A stretch of 64,000 nt of DNA from a virus (taxonomy: Duplodnaviria > Caudoviricetes), in IMG/VR virus record IMGVR_UViG_3300025867_000005; one strand, given 5' to 3'. Under the pieces are notes generated by a model. That model worked only from the letters and a program-made list of their open reading frames with translations. It was not told the origin of the DNA and searched no databases. Made by a program: the position numbers and the translations under genes. Position 1 is the stretch's first letter, and each line of letters starts with the position of its first letter. Positions 21,256-31,458 of this stretch are shown in pieces.

Positions 21256-22479
21256 ATGGGTAAGACTCTCGGAATCAAGATGAGCAAGGCGGAACGTGAA
21301 CAGGCTATTTCAAAGTTCATGGTTAAACTTCTAAAGGAAAAGGAAAAGGCGGTTGTCTTTAAGACCCCCCATGAGGTAGTGAAGTCAGACATTACTGTCA
21401 AAGCATTGCTTGACAAGACGGCGACAAGCATGTGCGGACTGCCGGAAATCAATCTGAACCCGATTTTCCAGCGGGGATTCGTTTGGGGTCAGGACAAAGA
21501 AGACGCTTTGTTGAACACGATCCTTGAAGGCGGGCAGATCCCTAGCCTTACATTCGGTAAAGTGCGGGACAAGAACCCCAGCAGTTTTAATCGAATCTGT
21601 TGTGTCGATGGAGGTAATCGGATTCAGACTCTTTTGCGTTTCATCAATAACAAACGCGCGATTGCCGGTCTGTTCTGTCGAGACGAAGACGACGGAAGTG
21701 TTTCTGTTGATTCTACCAAGACCGTGAATCTGTATATCGGAAAGAAGTTTAAGGATCTTCCCGTTGACGTTCAAAACAAGATTCTGAACTATAAGTTTTC
21801 TTTTATCATTGAAGAGGTTGAGAAGGAAAATGATTTGACCAATATTTTCTTGCGGTTGAATTGCGGCGGTGTGGATATGGATTTCGGGCAGATTCTTATT
21901 GCCAAGTATCGGGAAACGGAATTCGGAAAGGCAATCTTGAATTTTATCGAAACAGAAACAGGGCGTGTTCTTCTTGGTCGCAAACGTGTCGGCAAAGTCA
22001 GCATTCCGAGTCTTTTCCTCCGGTGTTCTGGAATCGTCGCGACGGCAAGTGACTTTATGCGGTTTGTCGGGCGTGGCGGTGCCGATCAGTTTCTTGGAGA
22101 AAGTTCTGCTACTTCTTCTAAGGAAGCCGACAACAGCATGCTTCATTTCAAGAAGGCGGTGGAAGTGTTCAACAAGTATTTCTCAGATTTCGAGTTTTAT
22201 CAGCACGTCTTTGAAAAGAATGGCGCTAAGAAACTTGTTACCTGTACTTTCTCAAAACAAGAGAAGGTTAAGACGGCCATTATTTCCGTTCTTTGCGGAA
22301 TCGATGATCTTGATTTTGTTATCAAGAATCACATGGCCATCGGAGAAAATCTTGTTCAAAAGCTTCTTCCGTCTACGGTGGCAGATTCAATTCTGTTGAA
22401 CCTCCTTACCGTTCAAACGACCATGCGCGGTCGCCGTGAACAGGCAATGATGCAAATCCGTGAATGCTTTGGAATTTAA
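21256..22479 (+). CDS. DUF262 (ParB-like/GmrS N-terminal) domain protein
   Basis: PIFQRGFVW, IPSL, VDGGNRIQT, IFLRLN.GG. Confidence 0.8.
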   Translation: MGKTLGIKMSKAEREQAISKFMVKLLKEKEKAVVFKTPHEVVKSDITVKALLDKTATSMCGLPEINLNPIFQRGFVWGQDKEDALLNTILEGGQIPSLTFGKVRDKNPSSFNRICCVDGGNRIQTLLRFINNKRAIAGLFCRDEDDGSVSVDSTKTVNLYIGKKFKDLPVDVQNKILNYKFSFIIEEVEKENDLTNIFLRLNCGGVDMDFGQILIAKYRETEFGKAILNFIETETGRVLLGRKRVGKVSIPSLFLRCSGIVATASDFMRFVGRGGADQFLGESSATSSKEADNSMLHFKKAVEVFNKYFSDFEFYQHVFEKNGAKKLVTCTFSKQEKVKTAIISVLCGIDDLDFVIKNHMAIGENLVQKLLPSTVADSILLNLLTVQTTMRGRREQAMMQIRECFGI

Positions 22480-22543
22480 GACATAACGGAAAAGGGTATA
22501 TGTATTAGATATACCCTTTGTCCGATTTCCATAAGGTGCTAAG

Positions 22544-22792
22544 ATGAAAAGAATAAGCTTCAAAGGAATTCCTGTAAAGTGTTTTGAAACCCCGAAGCCA
22601 ATGAATGAAACCGTTAATCGGAGTCTCTGGATTTTGGAACAGTTCAAGGCAAAACACGGGAGACTTCCCAGACCCGAAGACAAAGCGTTTACAAAGCTTA
22701 CAGAAGTCCAGCAGGTATTTGCCAATGGCTTACGCAAGACCGTAACTGAAGGGCTCTATAAGCGTTTCTTGGAGATTTCTAAACATGGCTAA
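22544..22792 (+). CDS. hypothetical protein
   Basis: AAGGT RBS. Confidence 0.5.
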   Translation: MKRISFKGIPVKCFETPKPMNETVNRSLWILEQFKAKHGRLPRPEDKAFTKLTEVQQVFANGLRKTVTEGLYKRFLEISKHG

Positions 22793-23459
22793 GAAAGACT
22801 TTAATTATTGTCCGAAGAAAGCTGCATTTAGAAAAGAATGTATCTCCAAACCCATCCTTGAAATCTTCAGTGGACCTTTGCCAGAAGACAAAATCATTGT
22901 GGATACAGCGGGGGAATACTCAAAGAACGTCAAGGCGACAGCATGTTATCAGCTTCTTAAAGCAGGGGCGATCACTTCGACTACCCAATTCATGGGCGTT
23001 GACAACGAATCGAAATCCGGAAGTGATGGCGTTGTCAAGACAAATACTTTACGGTATGGACAGGGTTGCCGCTGGCATATTCCTTGTGTCTGTGATGAGA
23101 TTCAAAATTTCTGTTTGAGTAACAGAGACAGAATCGGGTTTATCAGTCTTGACCTTCAGGCATTGGCCCCGAATTGTTTCTTTGTGTTCGAAAGAACATT
23201 ACAAGCGATGCAGGGAGCCAGTCATAAATTCGGAATTTGTTTCAACTCCATTTTCAGCTTGCCTTGGAATATGCAAGAGAACCTTGTCAAAAACGGGCTT
23301 GTGGAAGAGGCGATGGAAACGGAATTTCAACGCTATCAAGAAGCTAATCCTTTTTTCGTCGATCTTCTTCAAAGCTACATTCCGATGTCTTGGTTCTGGT
23401 ATGAAGGATGTGGAAAATCTCAAACTATTTTGGGAAGTTTTGTTTTTGTAAAGGAGTAA
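22785..23459 (+). CDS. hypothetical protein (possible degenerate SAM-dependent fold)
   Basis: MGVDNE and FISLDL strands only. Confidence 0.4.
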   Translation: MAKKDFNYCPKKAAFRKECISKPILEIFSGPLPEDKIIVDTAGEYSKNVKATACYQLLKAGAITSTTQFMGVDNESKSGSDGVVKTNTLRYGQGCRWHIPCVCDEIQNFCLSNRDRIGFISLDLQALAPNCFFVFERTLQAMQGASHKFGICFNSIFSLPWNMQENLVKNGLVEEAMETEFQRYQEANPFFVDLLQSYIPMSWFWYEGCGKSQTILGSFVFVKE

Positions 23460-24208
23460 AATTATGTCTCTTTTCGCCACTGTGTTTTCATGGTCTTTTT
23501 CGTATTGTTTGTAAGCCTAATGATTAAATCGGCTACACTTGACAGGAAAAGGAAAATTGCTGTAGTCAAACCTGGAAGCATTTTTGTCCAAAGCAATGAA
23601 GAACAGAATCCTTTCGCAAAAGACTATCATGAATATGTTATCCTTGAAGTGAAAAACGGTTATGTTTTATATCAAGACACAAAATCTTTGATAATTTATA
23701 CTACAGATATCAACACCTTCATTTATCTGTATCGCCTTCAACAGGGAGTAAAATCATGAAAAAGTTTCTCAAGTATCTGTTCACTCATGTAAGCCTTAAA
23801 CCAAGTCATCCGGAAGAATCAGATCCGGGTTGGGAAGTCCGTTGGATTTTCTTCAAAATTCCGTTCCTGAAAAGAAATGTAAAAAAAGAAGACGACCCTG
23901 TTGACAAGAACGGCAACATTTGATAATGTATTGTCATTGAAAGCAAACAAAGGAATTGAATTATGAATGAAGTTCAGGACAAGACATTGCCGAAGATCAA
24001 GAAACCTTCTGGTTGGAAACAAAAAGGAAGTTTCTGGGTTAAAAGTAGTAAGTATGGTTTGCGCTACATGTGTCCGGTTTGCGGGAAAAAGGCACTTGGC
24101 ACGAATTTCAAAAGCGACATGCATCATCATTTAAAAACTTGTCCGTGTTTTACGGACAAGTAATCTCAAATCAGACAAAAGAAAAAACCAAGAAAGGTAA
24201 AAGAAACA

Positions 24209-24655
24209 ATGAATGTTGATCCGAAGAATCGTTACATCATGCAGTACATTAAGGTTAAGGACGAGACCGGCCGAATGGCCCCTATCGGCGTCCTTACGTC
24301 AGGACTCGATAAGGACGGCAAGATCATCTATGCCTATTCCCTAACCAACACGAAGCCTACCAAGGCGCAGAAGGCCGCAGGTGTTAAGCCTGATAAGTTC
24401 GACATGGAGTTTGCAGTTAATCTCGCAATGAAGCGTCTTGATGATGGCGGGATGGATATTTCCAAGCTTCCTTCCCTTGTTTCGGGAATGATGAAGCCCA
24501 AGAATCTGCAAGTCAAGATTAACCAAGTCAAGACGCGCAAGGACGGGAACCTTCCTGAGAATTTCATCGGGTATCCCGGAACCAACCGTGGCTACATCAA
24601 GATTCGCGGTTTTAAGGAGCGTTCTGAAGCCTATTTCAAGGATGCCACCAAGTAA
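24209..24655 (+). CDS. hypothetical protein
   Basis: AAGGT RBS, 148 aa. Confidence 0.55.
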   Translation: MNVDPKNRYIMQYIKVKDETGRMAPIGVLTSGLDKDGKIIYAYSLTNTKPTKAQKAAGVKPDKFDMEFAVNLAMKRLDDGGMDISKLPSLVSGMMKPKNLQVKINQVKTRKDGNLPENFIGYPGTNRGYIKIRGFKERSEAYFKDATK

Positions 24656-24780
24656 GGCATTGAAAATCTAGAACAGCGAATCTATTAAGAAACATCTTCC
24701 TTTGGCAGAAGGAAAAACAGAAAAAGAAACAGAAGAAGGTAACTGCTATTCCCTTCTTCAAAAAAAGAAAGACAAAAACA

Positions 24781-24993
24781 ATGAAGAATACCAAGACTCA
24801 GATCACCAGTTCCACCATCGTCGGCTTTGCAGAGGCGCGCAAGATCGTCCGCAAGGCTGGTTTCAAGAGCCATCAGGCTTACTCATGGGCGAAGATCGAG
24901 GGCCGCCTTCCCGCTGGCCTTCCCGAGACCCCGAAGACCGTGTATGCCCGTTATTGGAAGGGCTGGGATCAGTTTCTTAGCGTCACCAAGTAA
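24781..24993 (+). CDS. stand-alone phage-integrase-repeat-like protein
   Basis: FAEAR...GFKS...Y....RLP..LP..P..VY...WKGW pattern. Confidence 0.55.
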   Translation: MKNTKTQITSSTIVGFAEARKIVRKAGFKSHQAYSWAKIEGRLPAGLPETPKTVYARYWKGWDQFLSVTK

Positions 24994-25023
24994 TCTTGGA
25001 TAGACGTTTGTGAAGAAAAAGAA

Positions 25024-25052
25024 AGAGAGGGTGAAAACCCTCTCTTTTTTTA
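25024..25052 (+). terminator. rho-independent terminator
   Basis: AGAGAGGGT-GAAA-ACCCTCTCT followed by a T run. Confidence 0.8.
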
Positions 25053-25340
25053 TTCCTTAAAATCAAATCCGATGCAATGAAAAGGTAGTCGTTCAGATTC
25101 AAAGATTTCTATTGACTGTTCTCTGAAGTTCGGGCATGAAAGCGGGTCAATCATTATTCTGCTATAAAGACATCCTAGACAGGAGTGGAAGACTAATTTT
25201 TGATTATTTGCATCATCCGCTTCAGAAATGGAAAGAACACAACTGTTATGTTTACAATTGCCAAGTTTTGTCACAAATTGTTTCATTTTGTTCGATAATC
25301 CTCCGTAATGTCAAAGAATAGATTGCAAGGAGGAATTCTT

Positions 25341-25667
25341 ATGGGTCGCAAAAGAAAGTTCAATTCGATTCTCGTTCAGGATTCCAAAACAGATAACCTT
25401 CTGTTGATTTCTTTCGAAAACGGAAAAATTGCAAACGAGGGCTTAAATCTAGATATCGATAAGGGTTTTCTCTCAGACAGACTGGTAAACGGAAGGTTGC
25501 CACCGAACAAGATTTTGTTGACAGATGTGATTAAAGACGGAGAAAATTCAAGCTTCGCCATAAAGGCTTGTGTCGATTTGATTCTTGAAGGGAAATCCGT
25601 AAATTTTTGGGATATTGTAGAAAATCCCGATTATGTTTCCTACTTCTTACAAAAAGTTAAGATTTAG
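25341..25667 (+). CDS. hypothetical protein
   Basis: AGGAGG RBS. Confidence 0.55.
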   Translation: MGRKRKFNSILVQDSKTDNLLLISFENGKIANEGLNLDIDKGFLSDRLVNGRLPPNKILLTDVIKDGENSSFAIKACVDLILEGKSVNFWDIVENPDYVSYFLQKVKI

Positions 25668-25738
25668 TTTCCAAAATGTATTGACAACCTGGAACTAAAA
25701 TGTTATCTTTCTTTTATCAAATGGGGAAGGAAGACTTT

Positions 25739-25996
25739 ATGTTCAAAGCGATTGTCAGAATCACCGAAGGAACAGGGGCGGGTTACGGCATGCCTGCACA
25801 TCTCTATGTCAGTGGAGAAGGCATTGCTATGTCCAAGTCTCCGAAGAAAGCACTTACAGAAGCCAACAGGCTTGCAGAAGTAAGCCGTTCAGAAGATTGT
25901 GTCAAGCAAGGATTACCTAAAGGTGTAGGGCTGATTCCTGTCTACGGAGAAACGATCCTTTTCAAGGATGAAAAGATTGTGATGGTGAAGGCATGA
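25739..25996 (+). CDS. hypothetical protein
   Basis: promoter at 25681; ATGA overlap downstream. Confidence 0.5.
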   Translation: MFKAIVRITEGTGAGYGMPAHLYVSGEGIAMSKSPKKALTEANRLAEVSRSEDCVKQGLPKGVGLIPVYGETILFKDEKIVMVKA

Positions 25997-26358
25997 AAAA
26001 AGAAAAATTCCATCCATTCTTCAGTTACAATAAAAATTGCCGCAAGACGGCATGGGATACACCGGAATATCTGACAGAAGAAGATTGGAGATTCCTCGCG
26101 GGTTTGATTCCTTTCCTTGAATCAGATGATATCGGTGGGGCTAGAAATTATTTGTTTCCTTTAGGGGAAAAGTGGAATCTTGCTGATGATTTCTTTAATC
26201 GGACAATCGGTTGGCCAGAAGGATATTCATATTGCCCGAATATTGAAATCTGGTGCAAAGACATTGAAAAAACCTATTTCTATCAGTTAGGATTCCTAGC
26301 AATTAAGAAATACTGTTGTAAGATGAAAGAAGCTCTTAAAAAGCATCTGGATACTTGA
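25993..26358 (+). CDS. hypothetical protein
   Basis: translationally coupled ORF. Confidence 0.5.
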   Translation: MKKEKFHPFFSYNKNCRKTAWDTPEYLTEEDWRFLAGLIPFLESDDIGGARNYLFPLGEKWNLADDFFNRTIGWPEGYSYCPNIEIWCKDIEKTYFYQLGFLAIKKYCCKMKEALKKHLDT

Positions 26359-26415
26359 CAACCGAGATTAGTCTATGATATATTGACGGCATTCCAACAG
26401 GAAAGGACTTACAAC

Positions 26416-26988
26416 ATGAAAATTGACAGATTTCCGACAGCAGAAGAAGGTTTTAAATTGACTCCGTGCGTTATCGCCGGTGTTGATTGTTTTCTCATTG
26501 GACCCTTGGACATCAAAACAAAATTCAATGAGAGTAACAAGATTTTCCGTTCCAGCATTTGGACGGCTGACGGCTATCCCGTAAGTCTGGGTTTCCGCAA
26601 GTTTACGAATTACGGCGAAGCCCCTGCCTTCGAACCGTTTGATGTCAACAAAGATGACATGACATTCGTCACGAAGAAAGACGGAACATGTTGTGATGGC
26701 AACACCAGAATTGAAACAGAAGATGGTATAAAAACCATTCAAGAAATCTGCGAAGGTCGGTATTTGGGTCGGGTTTTAGGATATGATCATTCCAATAACC
26801 AGATTAAGTTTACGAAGGTTGTTGCACATTCCGTTAAGTCGAACAAAAACGACTGGTTCCTTTTAACCTTAGAGGATGGGACAGAAGTAAAACTAACTGG
26901 CTCACACTTGGTTTGGCTTCCTGAGTTATCTTGTTATCGTCGGGTTGATCAGCTTAAAGGCGATGAAGAAATTCTGATGTCAAAATAG
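26416..26988 (+). CDS. T4 Rnl1-like RNA ligase N-extein fused to split intein N-half (IntN 26689-26985)
   Basis: SLGFRKFTNYGE and motif I KKDGT, then intein block A CCDGNTRIETEDG and block B KLTGSH, then stop. Confidence 0.88.
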   Translation: MKIDRFPTAEEGFKLTPCVIAGVDCFLIGPLDIKTKFNESNKIFRSSIWTADGYPVSLGFRKFTNYGEAPAFEPFDVNKDDMTFVTKKDGTCCDGNTRIETEDGIKTIQEICEGRYLGRVLGYDHSNNQIKFTKVVAHSVKSNKNDWFLLTLEDGTEVKLTGSHLVWLPELSCYRRVDQLKGDEEILMSK

Positions 26989-27038
26989 ACTTCATCTATT
27001 TTTGTTGATATTTCCCTTACATAAAGGAGGATATCAAC

Positions 27039-27941
27039 ATGTTAGAAAAAACTGTAATGAATGCGCTTGCTACTCATAATATCGCCAAAGAGGATTTGTT
27101 CAAGATGTATTGTGAGCAAGAAATGAGCTTAACTAAAATAAAGGAAGTCACTGGACTTCAATTCCATCAAACTCTGGGAATTCTAAGGTTCTTTGGAATC
27201 CGCACCAGAGGAATAAGTGAATCACAAAAAACGAAAACTTACCGTAAAGAATTCGAAGAAACCATTGAAAAAAGATTCGGTCAAGGAATCAAAAACCCGT
27301 CACAAGCAGAATGTGTAAAAGAAAAGAAACGCCAAACTTTTCTTAAAAATTATGGGGTTGATAACATCTGGAAAAGTCCAAGCTTTAAGGAGTTCCTTGA
27401 CGGAAGAATGTTGGAACTTTATGGACAGAAAAGAGTTTCTGAAAATTACGCAGAGATGGGAGAAGAAGAACAAAGAAAGGCCTCTGAACGAAGAAGTCTT
27501 TCGGCTCGGACTGCTTGGGAAAATAAAAGTGAGGAATCTAAATCTCAACAAATAAAAAGAATCCACAAAGGAGGGTCTTCGGAGATTGAAAAGGCTTTCG
27601 GGAAACATCTTGATTTTCTAGGGATTGAATATGAAACCTCTTTCTATCTCGGAGTGAATCAGTTTGATTATCGACTATCTGGGACTAACATTCTGATCGA
27701 AATAAATGGAGACTTCTGGCATGGGAATCCATCCTTATATGTCAGCGGAGACGTTATCCGCTTCCCAGTAAAGAGCGTGTTGGTTGATAAGTTGTGGGAG
27801 AAAGATGAAAAGAAGCGGCAAAAAGCAATAGGAAAAGGGTTTGTTGTCATCACTTTTTGGGAAAGGTTCCTAAAAAAAGCAACAGAAGAAGAAATTAGGA
27901 AGAAGGTATATGATGAAATTAAAGTCCATTCAAAGGATTGA
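27039..27941 (+). CDS. free-standing putative homing endonuclease (Vsr/DUF559-like PD-(D/E)XK)
   Basis: EKKRQTFLKNYGVDN DNA-binding repeat; FDY...LIEINGDFWHG...KD..K...GF.VI.FWE. Confidence 0.8.
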   Translation: MLEKTVMNALATHNIAKEDLFKMYCEQEMSLTKIKEVTGLQFHQTLGILRFFGIRTRGISESQKTKTYRKEFEETIEKRFGQGIKNPSQAECVKEKKRQTFLKNYGVDNIWKSPSFKEFLDGRMLELYGQKRVSENYAEMGEEEQRKASERRSLSARTAWENKSEESKSQQIKRIHKGGSSEIEKAFGKHLDFLGIEYETSFYLGVNQFDYRLSGTNILIEINGDFWHGNPSLYVSGDVIRFPVKSVLVDKLWEKDEKKRQKAIGKGFVVITFWERFLKKATEEEIRKKVYDEIKVHSKD

Positions 27942-28836
27942 AAACAATTCTAAGCGTTATGATATCCAAACTGAAACTGGGAATTTCTTTGCTAATGGAA
28001 TTTTAGTACACAACTGTTTGATTGTCAGCAAGTTCAACGGTCAGCTTATCGTCAGGACTCGCGGCACCATTGATGCCCGAGGGATGCCTAACGGCCAAGA
28101 AATTGACGAATTGATTGCCAAGTATCCAAAGGCTTTTGATAATGACTGGTTGGACAAAGGATTCAGCATTTGTTATGAGTGGACTACCCCTAGTAACATC
28201 ATTGTTCTGGCCGAATCCACAGAACCGGAACTTTGGCTTACGGGGATTATTGATCACAAAGATTATTCCTATGCCCCGCAGAAAATCCTTGATGCTGCCG
28301 TTACCTTCCTTGGTGGCGTCAAGCGTCCGAAGACGTATAAATTCAACAGCTTTGAAGAAATGGTTGCGGCGGTTGAAGCTTTCCGTGGCATTGAAGGAGT
28401 AGTCGTTTATGCCTGTAACGGTCAAATTTTGAAGAAGGTTAAGAGTGTCGCTTATTTGGCGTTGCACCGTATGAAAAGCCATCTTGGGAGCACTGAGAAC
28501 GTTGTTGATTATTTTCTTGCCAACGGTTGCAAAACGTCCGAAGACCTGATTGCGAAAGTGACGGCTGACAGCGATTTCGAAATCGCGAAAGTCATCAGTC
28601 TTTCTGCTCCGATGGTTGCGGAAGCCTATCGCCGCACGGTGGAACAGCTAGATACGGCTTATTCGTTTGTTGAACAAAACGTCAAGGTTCTTGTAAACCG
28701 TAAAGACATGGCGACGGCGATCCTTGGTCACAATAAGGAATTGTCGGGCTTTATGTTTCAAATGCTTGACGGGAAAATCAAACAGCCTTGGAATGATGTT
28801 GTTTTGAAGAAAATCATGATGGCCTATGTTAAGTAG
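27910..28836 (+). CDS. split intein C-half (IntC 27910-28014) fused to Rnl1-like RNA ligase C-extein
   Basis: YDIQTETGNFFANGILVHN|C (blocks F/G, Cys+1); ligase motifs RTRG, YEW..P.NIIV, EGVVV, KKVKS..YL.LH. Confidence 0.9.
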   Translation: MMKLKSIQRIENNSKRYDIQTETGNFFANGILVHNCLIVSKFNGQLIVRTRGTIDARGMPNGQEIDELIAKYPKAFDNDWLDKGFSICYEWTTPSNIIVLAESTEPELWLTGIIDHKDYSYAPQKILDAAVTFLGGVKRPKTYKFNSFEEMVAAVEAFRGIEGVVVYACNGQILKKVKSVAYLALHRMKSHLGSTENVVDYFLANGCKTSEDLIAKVTADSDFEIAKVISLSAPMVAEAYRRTVEQLDTAYSFVEQNVKVLVNRKDMATAILGHNKELSGFMFQMLDGKIKQPWNDVVLKKIMMAYVK

Positions 28837-28876
28837 AATTTTTTGATATTCAATTACAAGGTAGGAGAACTAAACG

Positions 28877-29380
28877 ATGAATGATGGGTTTTGGATTAAT
28901 TACGCCAACGGTAAAACTGTACGGATTCACGAGCATGAGACGGATATCAGGAATCCCAGTGTCTTTAAGAAGTTAGGCTTCAATGTCAAAGAAATGGAAG
29001 CCTTCAAACCGTTTAAGCTTGGCGTGGATCGTGAAAAGTTCATGTTGTGGTTGATGCACAAATATCCACTTATGCGGGTACGCGGGCATGGTATTTCCAC
29101 GACTTTTGAATTTGATTCCAGGTCACGTCAATCCCCTTTGGATGCTGTTTTTGAGTTTGCTGAAAACAACTTGGGTCAATTTTCCATGTTGACTATCAAC
29201 AACTTTGCAACCAAAGAATCTGTTGACATTTCTTTCGGTGCGTTTAAAGATTTGATGGACTCCGATGGGGCAGAAGGAGTTTTGCGTTACGGTTCGACGA
29301 TTAGAATAAATTCGAACGTTCTAAAAGAGCTTCGTAAAATCTCCCGTGTGCTAAAAACCACTGACATGTTGAAAAAGTAA
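28877..29380 (+). CDS. hypothetical protein
   Basis: AGGAG RBS, 167 aa. Confidence 0.6.
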   Translation: MNDGFWINYANGKTVRIHEHETDIRNPSVFKKLGFNVKEMEAFKPFKLGVDREKFMLWLMHKYPLMRVRGHGISTTFEFDSRSRQSPLDAVFEFAENNLGQFSMLTINNFATKESVDISFGAFKDLMDSDGAEGVLRYGSTIRINSNVLKELRKISRVLKTTDMLKK

Positions 29381-29520
29381 AGGATGGTGAAAAATGAATT
29401 GGATTTTAAAAATGCTTAAACGGTACAATGCTTGGCTGACGACCGACCCGATTATTTGGAAGGCAATGAAAACCGCCAAAAAGAACGGGAATAAATGCAA
29501 CTTAGTCGCAAGGTGGAAAA

Positions 29521-30519
29521 ATGGAATCTGATTATAGCTATGTTTATGATCCGGAACATAAGAAGAACCCAGGAAGCGGATTTTCTAAAACAGAAAAGGG
29601 CTGGTCTAAAACAGACTATCAAGAAGACATACAAAAGCCAGAAGTGCAGGATAAGTTTGTTTTTGAACACAATGCCGTCTTTAAGTTCGGTAGCAAACTA
29701 AATGTAAATTTTCACGGAACGACGGAAGCATCAAAATCATTTCCTTCAAGATTTCGTGATGCTTTAAAAAGATTTATCGGTAAGAAAAACCAATACAAAG
29801 AATTTCAGCAGAAGTATTCGGAATTACTTGATTCAGTCGTTGAAAAAACCAAAGGTTCTGAAAACCCTTTGGTTATTTACGGTTGGTCTGTCAGAAGCGG
29901 GCAGGATAATGGTCAATTTGATGTTGAAATGCTTGGTGTTGACCCCGTACATACAGCAATGATAGGCGAAGAAATCGCCAAAGAATTCGGAAGAGTAGAA
30001 ATTGCAACTGATACCCCGACACAAGAAACGAAATCCATCATCATTGATAAAAATGGGAATGCTTCTTCTTTTCTTGGTTTACCGGCTGTACACCAGGGTA
30101 AAACAAGGTTTACGTTTTCCACGAATGTAACTGTAGACATTGATAATACGGAACCGAAAGATTTTATAGACGGACTTAAGAAGGCCTTTCGGAACAAACT
30201 CGTTTCTATTAGAAATGACGTGATGACAAGAAACAATGAAAAGAATTTCATCAAGAAGGTAAAGGCGGCGTTTGAAGAGTCTGGGGCAACGTTTACTCCG
30301 CAACAAATATCCATATCTCCCGTTTTCGGAGGTTATCGCGATCAAAAAACACATGAAGTAGGAACGGAAATTTCATATGACATCCATTTTAAACAAATAG
30401 ATCCAGAACAAGCCGTTCTTATTTCGAAAGCATTGAATAAACAATTTCACCAACAATCCACTCTTCTAACAGGGTACGGAAATAACAAGAGAGCGGCATT
30501 TTATATTTCAGGAATCTGA
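29521..30519 (+). CDS. tandem SAM-lyase-like domain protein with N-terminal YxxDPxHK motif
   Basis: C-terminal GGYRD..TEISY..QAVLISKAL..QQSTLL; paralogous to 60817-61677. Confidence 0.55.
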   Translation: MESDYSYVYDPEHKKNPGSGFSKTEKGWSKTDYQEDIQKPEVQDKFVFEHNAVFKFGSKLNVNFHGTTEASKSFPSRFRDALKRFIGKKNQYKEFQQKYSELLDSVVEKTKGSENPLVIYGWSVRSGQDNGQFDVEMLGVDPVHTAMIGEEIAKEFGRVEIATDTPTQETKSIIIDKNGNASSFLGLPAVHQGKTRFTFSTNVTVDIDNTEPKDFIDGLKKAFRNKLVSIRNDVMTRNNEKNFIKKVKAAFEESGATFTPQQISISPVFGGYRDQKTHEVGTEISYDIHFKQIDPEQAVLISKALNKQFHQQSTLLTGYGNNKRAAFYISGI

Positions 30520-30626
30520 CAAATCTTTTTATGGAAGCCATTGACAAGCCCGAATGGTTTTGATATTGTATCTATATCGAAGCCACTTTAGGATTTATTG
30601 AAGAGAATTGAAGAAAGGGTTTAGAC

Positions 30627-31193
30627 ATGAAAACTCAAAAGTTGAAACAGTTGGTTCAGGAATGTGGTAAGGTTACAGTCCGATTGACGGATGAACTTTG
30701 GGATGAATCTTGTGGACAGAAAGGAATGCTTGCGGATGTCATCCAATATATTGATGAGGATGATGGTTGCAGATTCGTTTTCGATTACCAACGCTATTTG
30801 GCGAATGATCTTCCGCTGCAAACTCGAAACTACTACATCGATACCGGTCTCGGAACGGCATTCGAAGCGGGTCTGATGTCGATGAATCGGGTTCAGGAAG
30901 ATATCTATGCGGAGAAAGAGGGAGAAATCTCTTGTGAAATCGTGGATGAACTTCTTAACAAATATCTTTCAAGCGGTAGCCAGCTTTCTTATGTGGAATG
31001 GATGGAAGCCCGCCTGAAGGCTACAACTTCGGAAGACTTAGCCGTTGCGGAAATCAAAGCGTTGGACGGCATGAAGATTGATGAAGTTCACCAAAAGGCA
31101 GATGAAGTCCTTTTGAAGGTTCTGAAATCCGCTGGTTTTTCTAAGCTTGTCGCCGCATATCGCGAAGCAAGTGTTGATTTCTATTACATCTAA
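30627..31193 (+). CDS. hypothetical protein
   Basis: promoter at 30541. Confidence 0.55.
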   Translation: MKTQKLKQLVQECGKVTVRLTDELWDESCGQKGMLADVIQYIDEDDGCRFVFDYQRYLANDLPLQTRNYYIDTGLGTAFEAGLMSMNRVQEDIYAEKEGEISCEIVDELLNKYLSSGSQLSYVEWMEARLKATTSEDLAVAEIKALDGMKIDEVHQKADEVLLKVLKSAGFSKLVAAYREASVDFYYI

Positions 31194-31458
31194 TGAAGAA
31201 ATATGTCGAATTCTAGGAATCGAAGGGATTAGATTATGGTAAGCAGTGGAATGAAAAATCCGATTTATATTGAATACTATTCCCATTCGGGAGAAGGTTT
31301 CTATAAGATCGATATTCCTTGGAGTCGGTTTCATAAATATACGGTGGTTCTTTGTCCCGTAAATGAAGGAATTGAAAAAGCAAAGCTGGTCGCTGAAAAG
31401 GCGATTAAAGAGGCGCTGGCTTTAGCACTTGAAAACCCAATTGAGAAGGAGCAAAACG

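Noticed and set aside
26989-27909. Frameshift or assembly error explaining the broken ligase
   Set aside because: Both halves have clean intein termini, separate starts and stops, and a complete intervening gene with an RBS.
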